Made by a program: the position numbers and the translations under genes. The notes under the pieces are model-generated. The model did no database searches, was not told the DNA's origin, and was given only the letters and a program-made list of their open reading frames with translations. A stretch of 64,000 bases of DNA, taken from the NCBI GenBank assembly GCA_963731325.1, contig CAVSUL010000002.1, positions 151,421 through 215,420 of the forward strand. The letters run 5' to 3'. The DNA comes from an uncultured Verrucomicrobiae bacterium. Lineage in GTDB: Bacteria; Verrucomicrobiota; Verrucomicrobiia; Chthoniobacterales; JAFAMB01. Shown here one piece after another: positions 38,208 to 47,623 of the stretch (its first letter is position 1; the number at the start of each line of letters is the position of its first letter).

Positions 38208-38954
38208 ATGGCCATTTGTGAGTTACATTATTTCAGCTCTGCCCTGCAGAAGCAGACTGCGGCCAACGTGATTTTCCCGGAGAACGAGTCCGGTCCTTTC
38301 CCGGTGCTCTACCTGTTGCATGGGCTTTCCGACGATCACACGATCTGGATGCGGCGAACGAGCCTCGAGCGCTATGTTGAAGGGCTGCCGCTCATCATTG
38401 TGATGCCCGACGGCGGTCGAGGTTTTTATACGGACGCCGCAGCTGGCTTCGCGTATGAGACCGCTCTGATCCGCGATCTGATCGGTCTTGTCGATCGGAC
38501 CTTTCAGACTCAGACCGCACGACGCGGCCGCTGCATTAGCGGACTGTCAATGGGCGGGTACGGCGCGTTAAAGCTCGGGTTGAAACATCCGGATCTGTTT
38601 TGTTCGGCCGTCAGTCACTCGGGCGCGCTGAATTTCGGGCAAAGCGGCGGCCGTTATCAGCTTCCGGAGTTTGCGCGTATTCTGGGTGATCCGTCGACCG
38701 GGAAGCCGCACAGCCTCTACGCTCTGGCGGAGACCGTTGATCGTTCGCTTGTACCGGCACTGCGAATCGACTGCGGAACCGATGACGAGTTGATCGAAAA
38801 CAATCGTGAGTTTCACGCGCACCTCACGAATCTCGGTTTGCCGCACGAGTATGAGGAATTCCCGGGGGGACACAATTGGGCGTATTGGGACACGCACGTC
38901 CAAGAGGCAATCCGTTTTCACGCAAAGCATTTGGGAATAACCGCTCAGGTCTGA
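38208..38954 (+). CDS. Esterase (esterase D / S-formylglutathione hydrolase-like alpha/beta hydrolase)
   Basis: Start taken at MAICELHYFSSAL, because the ORF-track N-terminus translates the heptamer array. GLSMGGYGAL nucleophile elbow. Confidence 0.8.
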   Translation: MAICELHYFSSALQKQTAANVIFPENESGPFPVLYLLHGLSDDHTIWMRRTSLERYVEGLPLIIVMPDGGRGFYTDAAAGFAYETALIRDLIGLVDRTFQTQTARRGRCISGLSMGGYGALKLGLKHPDLFCSAVSHSGALNFGQSGGRYQLPEFARILGDPSTGKPHSLYALAETVDRSLVPALRIDCGTDDELIENNREFHAHLTNLGLPHEYEEFPGGHNWAYWDTHVQEAIRFHAKHLGITAQV

Positions 38955-38991
38955 ATATCCAGCTACTTCGACGTAGCGCGGACGGCCTCGG

Positions 38992-39052
38992 TTCTGTCGG
39001 ACTTCAAGGTAGGATAAGCTTCCAGCTTGTCAGCTTTTTGAACCGGCGGGAT
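38992..39052. repeat. Family-3 two-hairpin repeat, single unit
   Basis: TCTGTCGGACTTCAAGGTAGGATAAGCTTCCAGCTTGTCAGCTTTTTGAACCGGCGGGATG, nearly identical to 25778-25845. Confidence 0.85.
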
Positions 39053-39071
39053 GCGCGATAACCAAAACCGC

Positions 39072-39836
39072 TCAGTAACTCACCTTATTTTTCCGGCACC
39101 ACTCGATTGCCCGGGCATTGCCCGCCTTGGCCGCGCGCCGGAAATAGTCCGCCGCAGCCTTTGGATCCTTCGGTACGCCCAGTCCGCTGAAATACAGAGT
39201 TGCCCCTAAGGAATAAATGTCAGCCCGAATATCAATATCCAGTTCTTCGAGCTGTTCCGGGCTCGCAAACAACGGCGTCCCAACGAAACCGCCGCCAAAC
39301 GTCAGGGTGCCTGATTCATCCCCGACTGCCCGGGCACTTTTGGCCAGGCCGAAGTCAATGACCTTGACGATGCGTTCCCCATCCTGGTCGACCAACATCA
39401 GGTTAGCCGGCTTCAGATCGCGATGAACCAGGTTCTGTTTCGCTGCCGCGCCGAGAGCACGACTCACCTGTAAAGCGATGTCCAGCGCTTCCTTCGCTGG
39501 CAAGGGGCCATGCCGGCGCAAATAATTATCGACAGTTTCGCCGTCGATAAACTCCATTGCATAGAAATACTTGTCATCGAGGTCACCGAGATGAAAAACC
39601 GAAGCAACGTTCTGGTGACGGAGGGCCGCCGCAGCCCGAGCTTCCCGCAGGAATCTCTGGCGCGCGACGTCGTTTTCCAGGTAGGTGTTGTTGATTACCT
39701 TGAGCGCGACTGGGCAACGCAGGCTCGTATCAAAGGCTTTGTAGGTGATCCCCATGGCTCCACGGCCGAGTTCCCACAAGCTTCCGTCGTCCCGCTTGAG
39801 AATTTGATAATGCTGATAACGCTCCTCGTCCGCCAT
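39072..39836 (-). CDS. Ser/Thr protein kinase catalytic core fused to a single Sel1-like repeat (short form)
   Basis: Start taken at MADEERYQHYQIL. Contains GRGAMGITYKA, HRDLKPANLML, DFGLAK and GTPLFASPEQ. Straight after DIYSLGATLYF comes GVPKDPKAAADYFRRAAKAGNARA. Confidence 0.75.
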   Translation of the reverse strand: MADEERYQHYQILKRDDGSLWELGRGAMGITYKAFDTSLRCPVALKVINNTYLENDVARQRFLREARAAAALRHQNVASVFHLGDLDDKYFYAMEFIDGETVDNYLRRHGPLPAKEALDIALQVSRALGAAAKQNLVHRDLKPANLMLVDQDGERIVKVIDFGLAKSARAVGDESGTLTFGGGFVGTPLFASPEQLEELDIDIRADIYSLGATLYFSGLGVPKDPKAAADYFRRAAKAGNARAIEWCRKNKVSY

Positions 39837-39910
39837 GATCGCCAAAAAGGTTACAATTTGCCGAAAAGGCGGATAGCAATCAAGGAGGGCCTTTGGCGTC
39901 CTTCTCGGCT

Positions 39911-39940
39911 TGAACTTCTCCGAACTTCCCTGAACTTCCG
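39911..39940. repeat. Period-10 tandem array (GAACTTCC core), 3 units
   Basis: TGAACTTCTC CGAACTTCCC TGAACTTCCG, then CC ATG (start at 39943). Confidence 0.85.
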
Positions 39941-39942
39941 CC

Positions 39943-40863
39943 ATGTCCGTGCTCATCGTCGGCTCTATCGCCATCGACACCATCAAGACCCAGACCGAGG
40001 AACAGGCCGACCTGCTTGGGGGTTCCGCCTCCTACGCCTCGGTCAGCGCCAGTTTCTTCGATCCAGTCAACCTGGTCGGTATCGTTGGTTCGGATTTTCC
40101 CCGCACGCATATCGACCTGTTCCGGTCGCGCCGGATCGACCTTGCCGGGTTGGAAATCGCCGACGGCCGGACGTTTCGCTGGACGGGCGAATACGAGGCC
40201 GACATGAACAAACGACGCACCTTGCACGTTGAGCTGAACGTGTTTGAAACTTTTAGCCCAAAGTTGCCCGCGGGCTATCGAGAAACGCCCGTCGTGCTGC
40301 TGGGCAACATCAGCCCGACACTCCAAGCAAATGTTTTGCATCAGACCAGGGATCCACAGTTCGTGATCGCCGACACGATGGATCTCTGGATCACGACGAT
40401 GCGGAGCGAGCTGCTCGAACTGCTCAGCCAGGTTGATCTGCTGGTCTTGAACGATAGCGAAGCACGCCAATTGACCGAGCACGACAACCTGATGAAGGCG
40501 GCCAAAACGATCCTGGATCTCGGTCCCAAGTACGTTGTCATCAAGAAAGGCGAGCACGGTTCCTTATTGATCTCCCGCGACGAGTTCTTCAGTTGCGCTG
40601 CATTCCCACTGGAGGATCTCATCGATCCTACGGGTGCAGGCGATGCGTTTGCCGGGGGGTTGGCCGGTTATCTGGCCGGATTGAAGCAATCGCGATTCAG
40701 CTTCGAAGATCTCCGAAAAGGCGTCGTGCGCGGTAGCGTGGTGGCCAGCTACAGCGTCGAATCGTTTAGCTTGGACCGGTTATTGCGGCTAAGTCCGAAA
40801 GATATCGAAGACCGTTACGACGCGTTCCGGCGGATCACGCACTTTGAGATCGTCGAAAAGTAA
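39943..40863 (+). CDS. PfkB-family carbohydrate kinase
   Basis: 306 aa, C-terminal DPTGAGDAFAGG signature. Confidence 0.8.
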   Translation: MSVLIVGSIAIDTIKTQTEEQADLLGGSASYASVSASFFDPVNLVGIVGSDFPRTHIDLFRSRRIDLAGLEIADGRTFRWTGEYEADMNKRRTLHVELNVFETFSPKLPAGYRETPVVLLGNISPTLQANVLHQTRDPQFVIADTMDLWITTMRSELLELLSQVDLLVLNDSEARQLTEHDNLMKAAKTILDLGPKYVVIKKGEHGSLLISRDEFFSCAAFPLEDLIDPTGAGDAFAGGLAGYLAGLKQSRFSFEDLRKGVVRGSVVASYSVESFSLDRLLRLSPKDIEDRYDAFRRITHFEIVEK

Positions 40864-41076
40864 CGCCGCCTAACCTCGGTTGATACACGAAAGATCCAAG
40901 GGAGCAAACTCCGGATCCGGTATAACGGGGCGCCTGCTATGTGGCGCAAAGCGCCATGGCATTCCCGCGACTAAGGGCGAAATTTGAAACTCCCTATCTG
41001 CCGCCGTTCTGGTCAAGCCTGGATCAGTTCCTGTTCGTAAAGCGCCTCGGCGCCGTCTTGCGTGGCAGGAGCGCCA

Positions 41077-41352
41077 TGGAGTGCGTGCGACTTGTCGCCG
41101 CTTTGAGACCGCGCGGAGCGTGGCCCTCCGGGACGCAGCGTTGGGAGTGGCATTACCGGCAATGAATTGCCGGCCTATTTTCAATTCGCTCCTCCGGAGC
41201 ACATCTTCGTCCTTTCCAAAATCTCCGCAGGAAAACATCAAATTAGAAGAAAGGAGTACCAAGCGCGGAGTTCCCGATCAAGAGACCCGCCTCGTCGGCG
41301 GCCACGTTCCGCGCAGTCCCAAAGCGGCGACAAGTCGCACGCACTCCAAAAC
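41077..41352. repeat. Family-1 inverted-repeat element, enlarged copy (276 bp)
   Basis: Left arm TGGAGTGCGTGCGACTTGTCGCCGCTTTGAGACCGCGCGGAGCG. Right arm CCGCGCAGTCCCAAAGCGGCGACAAGTCGCACGCACTCCAAAAC. Interior of about 184 nt. Confidence 0.85.
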
Positions 41353-41358
41353 CCGCCG

Positions 41359-43152
41359 TCACCCTTCGAACTTGCCGTGGCGCTCATCAATAATGATGTC
41401 ACGATAGGTTTTCCCTGACGGAATCATCGGAAGAACATGCTCGGTATAGGGAACCATCACATCGAGCACATAGCATTCCTTCGAATCGAGGAGCCGTTCC
41501 AGTGCCGGGCATAGGTCTTTCTTGTGCAGAACGCGTTCGCACTTTACACCAAAGCCGGAACAGAGCTCCACATAGTCCGGGTAAATGCGTTTGCGATCGC
41601 GAGGATCTCCCAAAAAAGTGTGGCCGCGGTTGCCTTTATAGAAGCGGTCCTCCCACTGAACGACCATGCCAAGATGCTGGTTATTCAGAATGATTACCTT
41701 GGCCGCGATCTCTTCGATATGCGCACACGCCAATTCCTGAATATTCATCAGGAACGAACCGTCCCCGTCGATATCAATTACCTGTTTTTCCGGATGGGCC
41801 ACTTTTGCGCCAAGCGCCGCCGGAAACCCAAAGCCCATGGCACCGAGTCCGGCCGAGGTGATGAACTGGCGAGAACGGCGAAAGTCGTAATACTGTCCAG
41901 CCCACATCTGGTGTTGTCCAACACCGGTCGACACAATCGCGTCTCCCTTGGTGAGTTCGTGCAAGAGACGGATAACATATTGGGGTTGAATGAGGTCTTC
42001 CGTATCGTTGAAATCCAGCGGGTACCGCTTCTTCCAGCGATCGATCTGTTCATGCCAGGCTCGGACCGGCTCGGTCGCCCCATCGAACCGACCTTCGCGC
42101 AACAACCGATTCAGTTCCGCCAGCGCATGCTTGATATCACTATGGATCGGGAGTTTGACGACTTTGTTCTTGTTCAGCTCGGAGAAATCGATGTCGATGT
42201 GAACGATCGTTCCGTGTTCCGCGAATTTCTCGACTTTGCCCGTCACGCGATCGTCAAATCGAACTCCAAAGGCGAGCAAGAGATCCGCCTCATTCACGGC
42301 GCAATTGGCGTAAACGGTGCCATGCATGCCCAGCCACTTCAGGGACAACGGATGATTCTCCGGAAATCCGCCAATCCCCATCAGGGTGGTGGCCACCGGG
42401 ATCTGGCTCCGTTCGGCAAATTCCAAGAGTTCCGGTGCAGCCTCGGCTGTAATAATCCCGCCGCCGGCATAGATCATCGGACGACGAGCGGATTTGATCA
42501 GCCCGATGACTTCGTTCAATGCGACTACATCGGCCTTGGGCGGGAGCAGGTAGCCGCGCAGGCTGATTTCCGAGGGAAAAATAGGCTGCGCGGTTTGATT
42601 CTGAATATTCTTGGGAACGTCGATCACCACCGGACCGGGCCGGCCGGTTTGTGCGATATGAAATGCTTCCTTCACCACGCGCGGAATCTCGTGGATATCC
42701 ATAATCAGGTAGCTGTGCTTCACGACCGGGAGAGTCATGCCAAAGAAATCCGTCTCTTGAAATGCCCCCCGCCCGATCATTTCCTGGGGCACTTGCCCCG
42801 TGATCGCCACAAGCGGAACCGAATCCATATAGGCGTCGGCGATACCGGTCACCAGGTTGGTCGCACCCGGCCCCGAGGTCGCCATGCACACACCCGCTTT
42901 ACCCGAAGCACGGGCGTACCCTTCGGCCGCAAAAGCGCCGCCCTGCTCGTGCCGGGGCAGGATCGTGCGGATCTTCTCGGACCGGGTCAGGGCCTGGTGG
43001 ATCGGCATGCTCGCCCCACCGGGATAAGCGAAGATTACCTCTACCCCTTCTCGCTCCAGACAGGCGACAAGGATTTCGGCGCCGTTCATTGTCTCGCCTC
43101 GTTCGGGCGCCTGACGCGCATTGACCGTTTTAATGGTGGGAGAGGTCTTCAT
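41359..43152 (-). CDS. ilvB: Acetolactate synthase large subunit
   Basis: 597 aa, ThDP enzyme with GDGSFLMNIQEL ThDP-binding motif. An alternative start MNGAEILV at 43089 has a GAGG upstream. Confidence 0.9.
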   Translation of the reverse strand: MKTSPTIKTVNARQAPERGETMNGAEILVACLEREGVEVIFAYPGGASMPIHQALTRSEKIRTILPRHEQGGAFAAEGYARASGKAGVCMATSGPGATNLVTGIADAYMDSVPLVAITGQVPQEMIGRGAFQETDFFGMTLPVVKHSYLIMDIHEIPRVVKEAFHIAQTGRPGPVVIDVPKNIQNQTAQPIFPSEISLRGYLLPPKADVVALNEVIGLIKSARRPMIYAGGGIITAEAAPELLEFAERSQIPVATTLMGIGGFPENHPLSLKWLGMHGTVYANCAVNEADLLLAFGVRFDDRVTGKVEKFAEHGTIVHIDIDFSELNKNKVVKLPIHSDIKHALAELNRLLREGRFDGATEPVRAWHEQIDRWKKRYPLDFNDTEDLIQPQYVIRLLHELTKGDAIVSTGVGQHQMWAGQYYDFRRSRQFITSAGLGAMGFGFPAALGAKVAHPEKQVIDIDGDGSFLMNIQELACAHIEEIAAKVIILNNQHLGMVVQWEDRFYKGNRGHTFLGDPRDRKRIYPDYVELCSGFGVKCERVLHKKDLCPALERLLDSKECYVLDVMVPYTEHVLPMIPSGKTYRDIIIDERHGKFEG

Positions 43153-43203
43153 AAAAAGGCGTAATTATAGGCGCAAGCGTCGTCCCGCGCCAGCGGCAAT
43201 AGC

Positions 43204-43252
43204 GATTAAGGATGACCGATGGCTGATGGTCGATGGCCAATCACCGATTGCC
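43204..43252. repeat. Heptamer tandem array (GATGRYC, complement of CGGYCAT type), 7 units
   Basis: GATTAAG GATGACC GATGGCT GATGGTC GATGGCC AATCACC GATTGCC. Confidence 0.85.
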
Positions 43253-43270
43253 CGGTGCGCGGGCTCGCGC

Positions 43271-43316
43271 GGCACAGGCTCCAGCCTGTCGTCTTCTAAC
43301 CGGCAGGATGCCGGTC
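43271..43316. repeat. Family-3 repeat, diverged copy
   Basis: GGCACAGGCTCCAGCCTGTCGTCTTCTAACCGGCAGGATGCCGGTC. Both hairpins are retained (ACAGGCT/AGCCTGT and CCGGCA/TGCCGG). Confidence 0.7.
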
Positions 43317-43432
43317 GTCGGATTTTGAGAAGATTAGAGCGCGACAATGAAGCGCTTATCAATGCTTGCAAGAAGCCAGATTCCGGATGTCCCGCACAGC
43401 GGCTTTCGCTTTAGCGGCCTGAGCGGCGTGAG

Positions 43433-43516
43433 CGGTCGATGATGATCGGTTATCGGTCATCGTCTTCTCCCGATTCCTTATCCTATTTGCGAATCGGCGA
43501 TTTGCGATTTGCGATT
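43433..43516. repeat. Heptamer tandem array, 12 phased units of mixed sequence
   Basis: CGGTCGA TGATGAT CGGTTAT CGGTCAT CGTCTTC TCCCGAT TCCTTAT CCTATTT GCGAATC GGCGATT TGCGATT TGCGATT. Confidence 0.8.
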
Positions 43517-43536
43517 TACTGGCGGCTATTACGTTC

Positions 43537-44274
43537 ATGATCACTCGACGCGATGCCATTAAGACGGTTGCTTTGGCAGCCGGTGCAGTAGCTTTGAATC
43601 CCTCCCTGATCCGAGCAGAACAACCAGCGGTGACCAGCGAGACCTATCCCTTCAAGCTGCCGGAATTAGGTTATCCCTACGATGCACTCGAACCCCACAT
43701 CGACACGAAGACGATGGAAATCCATCACGATAAACATCATGCCGCTTATGTCGAAAACCTGAACAAGGCTCTCGCGACGGCAGATCCTAAATTCCAGCAG
43801 ATGACGCTGACCGATCTGCTGACCCAGCTTGACCAAGTGCCCGAAAAAATCCGTACGACCGTCCGGAACAACGGCGGCGGCCATTACAACCATTCACTCT
43901 TCTGGCTCATGCTGAAGAAGAACGAAGAGGGAAAGCCTTCCGGCGACCTCGCCAAGGCAATCGACGACAGCTTCGGCGGTTATCCTTCGTTTCAACAAAA
44001 ACTCTCGGAAGCGGCCACCAAGGTCTTTGGCAGCGGATGGGCTTGGCTTGTCCTGAACAGCGGGAAGCTCGAGATTGAGTCCACCCCGAACCAGGATACG
44101 CCGATCTCAAAGAAAGCGGAACACGAAGCGCCCTTGCTCGGTATCGATGTCTGGGAACATTCCTATTACCTCAAACATCAAAATCGGCGCCCGGAGTACA
44201 TCAAGGCTTTCTGGAACGTGATCAACTGGGACTACGTGCAGCAACGCTACAGCGAGGCGCTCAACAAGGCGTAG
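43537..44274 (+). CDS. Fe/Mn superoxide dismutase with Tat-type signal peptide
   Basis: 245 aa. MITRRDAIKTVALAAGAVA (twin-Arg). Metal ligand motifs HHDKHHAAY and DVWEHSYY. Confidence 0.9.
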   Translation: MITRRDAIKTVALAAGAVALNPSLIRAEQPAVTSETYPFKLPELGYPYDALEPHIDTKTMEIHHDKHHAAYVENLNKALATADPKFQQMTLTDLLTQLDQVPEKIRTTVRNNGGGHYNHSLFWLMLKKNEEGKPSGDLAKAIDDSFGGYPSFQQKLSEAATKVFGSGWAWLVLNSGKLEIESTPNQDTPISKKAEHEAPLLGIDVWEHSYYLKHQNRRPEYIKAFWNVINWDYVQQRYSEALNKA

Positions 44275-44310
44275 GACGAGACCAGTCCCGCCACCAGTTC
44301 GAGGCGTGTT

Positions 44311-44476
44311 ATGGAGTGCGTGCGACTTGTCGCCGCTTTAGGATCCGCGCGGAGCGCGACGTAGACCGAAAAGAGAATTATGAAGGCCGAGTTCCCTGGC
44401 GAAAGTAACCCGCTTGGCTGCTAGCCGCGCTCCGCGCGGTTCTCAAAGCGGCGACAAGTCGCGCGCACTCCAAAAA
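44311..44476. repeat. Family-1 inverted-repeat element (166 bp), core in opposite orientation
   Basis: ATGGAGTGCGTGCGACTTGTCGCCGCTTTAGGATCCGCGCGGAGCG ... 71 nt ... CGCTCCGCGCGGTTCTCAAAGCGGCGACAAGTCGCGCGCACTCCAAAAA, immediately followed by ATG at 44477. Confidence 0.9.
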
Positions 44477-46528
44477 ATGTTACGCCTTTTTGACCTTAAC
44501 CCGGAACAGGCCAAAGCAGTCCGTACGATCGGCGGACCGCTGCTGATTCTTGCCGGAGCGGGCACGGGCAAAACGCGGGTAATCACAATGCGCATCGTTT
44601 ACCTGCTCCATGAAGGGATCGATGCCCGCCAGATTCTGGCACTGACTTTCACGAACAAAGCGGCCGCCGAGATGCGTGCCCGTGTCGCCTCGATGGTCGA
44701 TCGCAAACAGGCCGGCGCGCTAACGATTTGCACGTTTCACTCGCTCTGCGTGCGACTGCTTCGGGAGGACATCGGTCAACTCGGCTATAAGCCGAACTTT
44801 TCGATCTATAGCGAGGGTGATCAGCTTGGGCTGATCCGAAAAGTCATTAACCGAATCTCCAGCCAGGATGAAAAACTCGATCCGAATACGGCGCGGAACG
44901 TTATCAGCCGCCTCAAAAATCGAGGCCCCGCTCCGATACATTCAGGGCGCTCCAGCCAAAGCCGAGAAAGCGAAAGTGATTTGCTGGCGGCCGTGGCGGA
45001 GAGCTACCAAGCCGATCTGAAGACACGGAATGCGGTCGATTTCGATGACCTGTTGATCTTGGCGGTTCGCCTGCTGGAGGACTTTCCGGCCATGCGGAAC
45101 AAGTGGCAGAGTCGATTCCGTTTTTTGTTGGTTGACGAATTTCAGGATACCAACCGCCTGCAGCTCGATTTGGTTCGTCACCTCGCCGGCCTACATCGGA
45201 ATGTGTGCGTCGTGGGAGATGACGACCAGAGCATCTATGGCTGGCGAGGCGCTGAAGTGAGTAATATTCTGGAGTTTGAACGCCATTTTCCTGAGCCGAA
45301 GATTGTCAAGTTGGAACAAAATTATCGCAGTTCCAATGCGATCCTCGGAATCGCTAACAGCCTTATTCGGCAAAACCCGCGACGGCGCCCGAAAACCCTT
45401 TGGAGCGAGCTTGGGTCTGGCGAGAAAGTGCGGCTGATCAGGGTGCCGGACGAGCGGAAAGAAGCAGAACTGGTCGTCGATGAACTCAACCGTCGCAGGC
45501 TCCAGGAAAACTCGGCCTGGAGTGATTTGGCGGTTCTCTTTCGAATGAACGCCCAATCGCGTTTGCTGGAGGAACTCCTGCGCCGGTCCCAGATTCCCTA
45601 TCGACTGATCGGCGGTCGCAGCTTTTTCGATCGACGCGAGGTGAAAGATCTCCTGGCCTATCTGCAGTGTTTGGTGAATCCACAGGATGACGTCAGCCTT
45701 CTGCGAGTGATCAATACCCCGGCGCGCGGCATTGGCGCCTCAACCGTCGAGCTGGCCCTGCAGGAGAGCGCGACCCGGCCTCTTTTCGAAACCTTGCGGG
45801 CGCCCGGGTTTCTTGCGCTCCTGAGCAAGCGTAGTCGGGCGGCGATCGAAGGCTTTGTTGAGTTGATCGATCGATTCGAAACCAAAGCCAACGAGCCGCT
45901 CGTTGACCTCGCCGTCTTGCTGGAGTCCTTAGTGGCCGAAATCGGTTACCAGTCCGACTTGCGGCGTTCGAGCAAGGCGCCCGAGGAAGCGCTGAATCGC
46001 GAGGAAAATGTGCGCGAAGTTACGCGTTCGCTCCGGGAATATCAGCAACGATCTTCGGACGGACTGAGCGGATTCTTGTCAGAAGTAGCTCTCGATAATG
46101 AACGCGAGGAGGATCTGGCTCCGGATCAGGACAGTGTTCATCTCATCACCTTGCACGCAGCCAAGGGCCTTGAGTTCAACCATGTCCTTCTGGTTGGAAT
46201 CGAAGAAGGGATTCTCCCGCATGATCGGTCGAAGGCCGAAGGCGCGCTCGATGAAGAACGCCGACTACTTTATGTGGGGATTACTCGGGCCCGCCGCTCG
46301 CTGATGATCAGCCATTGTGCCAGCCGCTCCCGGTACGGTCAGCCGACACCTTGCACACCTAGTTCATTCCTGAAGGATCTCGATCCCGCCTGGATCGAGG
46401 AAATGGACTATCAATTACACATGAATCGGCCGGCCAGTGAAGGAAACGCGCGCAGCCATTTCGCGAAAATGCGAGCGCTGATCGAACGCAAGGAAAACGG
46501 CGGGAGCGGAGGAACCGGGTTCGGCTGA
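44477..46528 (+). CDS. UvrD/PcrA/Rep-family SF1 DNA helicase
   Basis: Start taken at MLRLFDLNPEQAKAV, because the upstream ORF codons translate the repeat. Walker A AGAGTGKTRV, motif II LVDEFQDTN. Confidence 0.88.
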   Translation: MLRLFDLNPEQAKAVRTIGGPLLILAGAGTGKTRVITMRIVYLLHEGIDARQILALTFTNKAAAEMRARVASMVDRKQAGALTICTFHSLCVRLLREDIGQLGYKPNFSIYSEGDQLGLIRKVINRISSQDEKLDPNTARNVISRLKNRGPAPIHSGRSSQSRESESDLLAAVAESYQADLKTRNAVDFDDLLILAVRLLEDFPAMRNKWQSRFRFLLVDEFQDTNRLQLDLVRHLAGLHRNVCVVGDDDQSIYGWRGAEVSNILEFERHFPEPKIVKLEQNYRSSNAILGIANSLIRQNPRRRPKTLWSELGSGEKVRLIRVPDERKEAELVVDELNRRRLQENSAWSDLAVLFRMNAQSRLLEELLRRSQIPYRLIGGRSFFDRREVKDLLAYLQCLVNPQDDVSLLRVINTPARGIGASTVELALQESATRPLFETLRAPGFLALLSKRSRAAIEGFVELIDRFETKANEPLVDLAVLLESLVAEIGYQSDLRRSSKAPEEALNREENVREVTRSLREYQQRSSDGLSGFLSEVALDNEREEDLAPDQDSVHLITLHAAKGLEFNHVLLVGIEEGILPHDRSKAEGALDEERRLLYVGITRARRSLMISHCASRSRYGQPTPCTPSSFLKDLDPAWIEEMDYQLHMNRPASEGNARSHFAKMRALIERKENGGSGGTGFG

Positions 46529-46558
46529 ATTCTTTCCCGCCGCTCCCATCGCTTTGCT

Positions 46559-47353
46559 TCAGACTACTTTCAACATTCCGCCGTCCACAAAGTAGGTCGA
46601 GCCCACCGAGTAGCTGGCTCGGTTCGAGCAAAGAAAAACAAAAAAATTGGCGAGCTCTTCCGGCGTTCCGAATCGATCGATCGGCGCGTGCTCCCGCGCA
46701 ACAGAAGCAAGATAGCCTTCCCAATCGCCACCCTTATCGGCCGTAAGCTGTTTGGCCGTCTTGATCCAGTCTGGTGTCAAAATCAAACCCGGATTAATGC
46801 AGTTCACCCGGATATTCTCTTTGATCAGCTCGTTCGCAAGCGTCTTTGAAAACATCATTAACGCCGCCTTGGTAACGTTATAGATCGGTTCGTACCACAG
46901 GGGCTGGGCGGCGCAGATCGACGCGTTGTGCAGGATCACTCCGCCGCCACGACGACGCATCGCCGGGACCAGACTGCGCGCCAGGCGGACCGCGGCCATC
47001 ACATGCAGATCCCAATAGTACTGCCATTTTGAGTCAGGCGCTTCCATGACCGTTTCGTTGCTTCCGGTACCAGCGTTATTGATCAAGATATCGATGCCGT
47101 TCTCGAATTGCTTGGCCGTTTCGGCAACGACGCGATCGACATCTTCTGCTTTCGAGACGTCGGCCGCCACGCCCAGTGTCTGCACGCCAAACTGCTTGGC
47201 GAGCCGGCTCGCCTGCTCGGAAACCCGATCAGCGGCTCGAGCCACTAAAACGAGATGAACCCCCTCTGCCGCGAGGCCTTCCGCGACCGCTAATCCAATA
47301 CCGATACTGCCTCCAGTGATTACCGCTACTTTGTCTTTCAAGCTAAGGTCCAT
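46559..47353 (-). CDS. SDR-family oxidoreductase
   Basis: 264 aa, TGGSIGIGLAVA and YNVTKAAL (YxxxK). Confidence 0.85.
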   Translation of the reverse strand: MDLSLKDKVAVITGGSIGIGLAVAEGLAAEGVHLVLVARAADRVSEQASRLAKQFGVQTLGVAADVSKAEDVDRVVAETAKQFENGIDILINNAGTGSNETVMEAPDSKWQYYWDLHVMAAVRLARSLVPAMRRRGGGVILHNASICAAQPLWYEPIYNVTKAALMMFSKTLANELIKENIRVNCINPGLILTPDWIKTAKQLTADKGGDWEGYLASVAREHAPIDRFGTPEELANFFVFLCSNRASYSVGSTYFVDGGMLKVV

Positions 47354-47584
47354 CCTGTTCGTTTAACTCGGAGCGGGAAGGTCGGGAAGCAGAAAAAGGC
47401 ACATTCGAAGAGCGGTTTGATCAGCGCATGACGATGCGTCTGGCGGCGCTCATTCGACAGCAACAGATTCCGCAGCTCAAACCGGAGCAAAGACGGGGCA
47501 AAAGCTTCGTCATTGTCCCCCCTAGGCAAAATGCAAGCACTTCCAACTTTTTGGCAATAACTCTTGTGAACTCCGCCCTGGTAC

Positions 47585-47620
47585 TCACTATCACTAAACA
47601 CTGACACCGACACTACATCC
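47585..47620. repeat. Hexamer tandem array, 6 units
   Basis: TCACTA TCACTA AACACT GACACC GACACT ACATCC, then CCT ATG (47624). Confidence 0.7.
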
Positions 47621-47623
47621 CCT

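Noticed and set aside
41524-43164. 546-aa plus-strand ORF opposite ilvB
   Set aside because: The minus strand encodes an unmistakable ThDP-dependent acetolactate synthase. The plus-strand product is low-complexity and motif-free.
47371-47400. GGAAGGTCGGGAAGCAG string resembling the SRP RNA domain IV GGAA/AGCA motif
   Set aside because: The flanking sequence cannot form the conserved helix 8 pairing, and the rest of a 4.5S RNA is not recognisable. It is probably chance similarity in a divergent promoter region.
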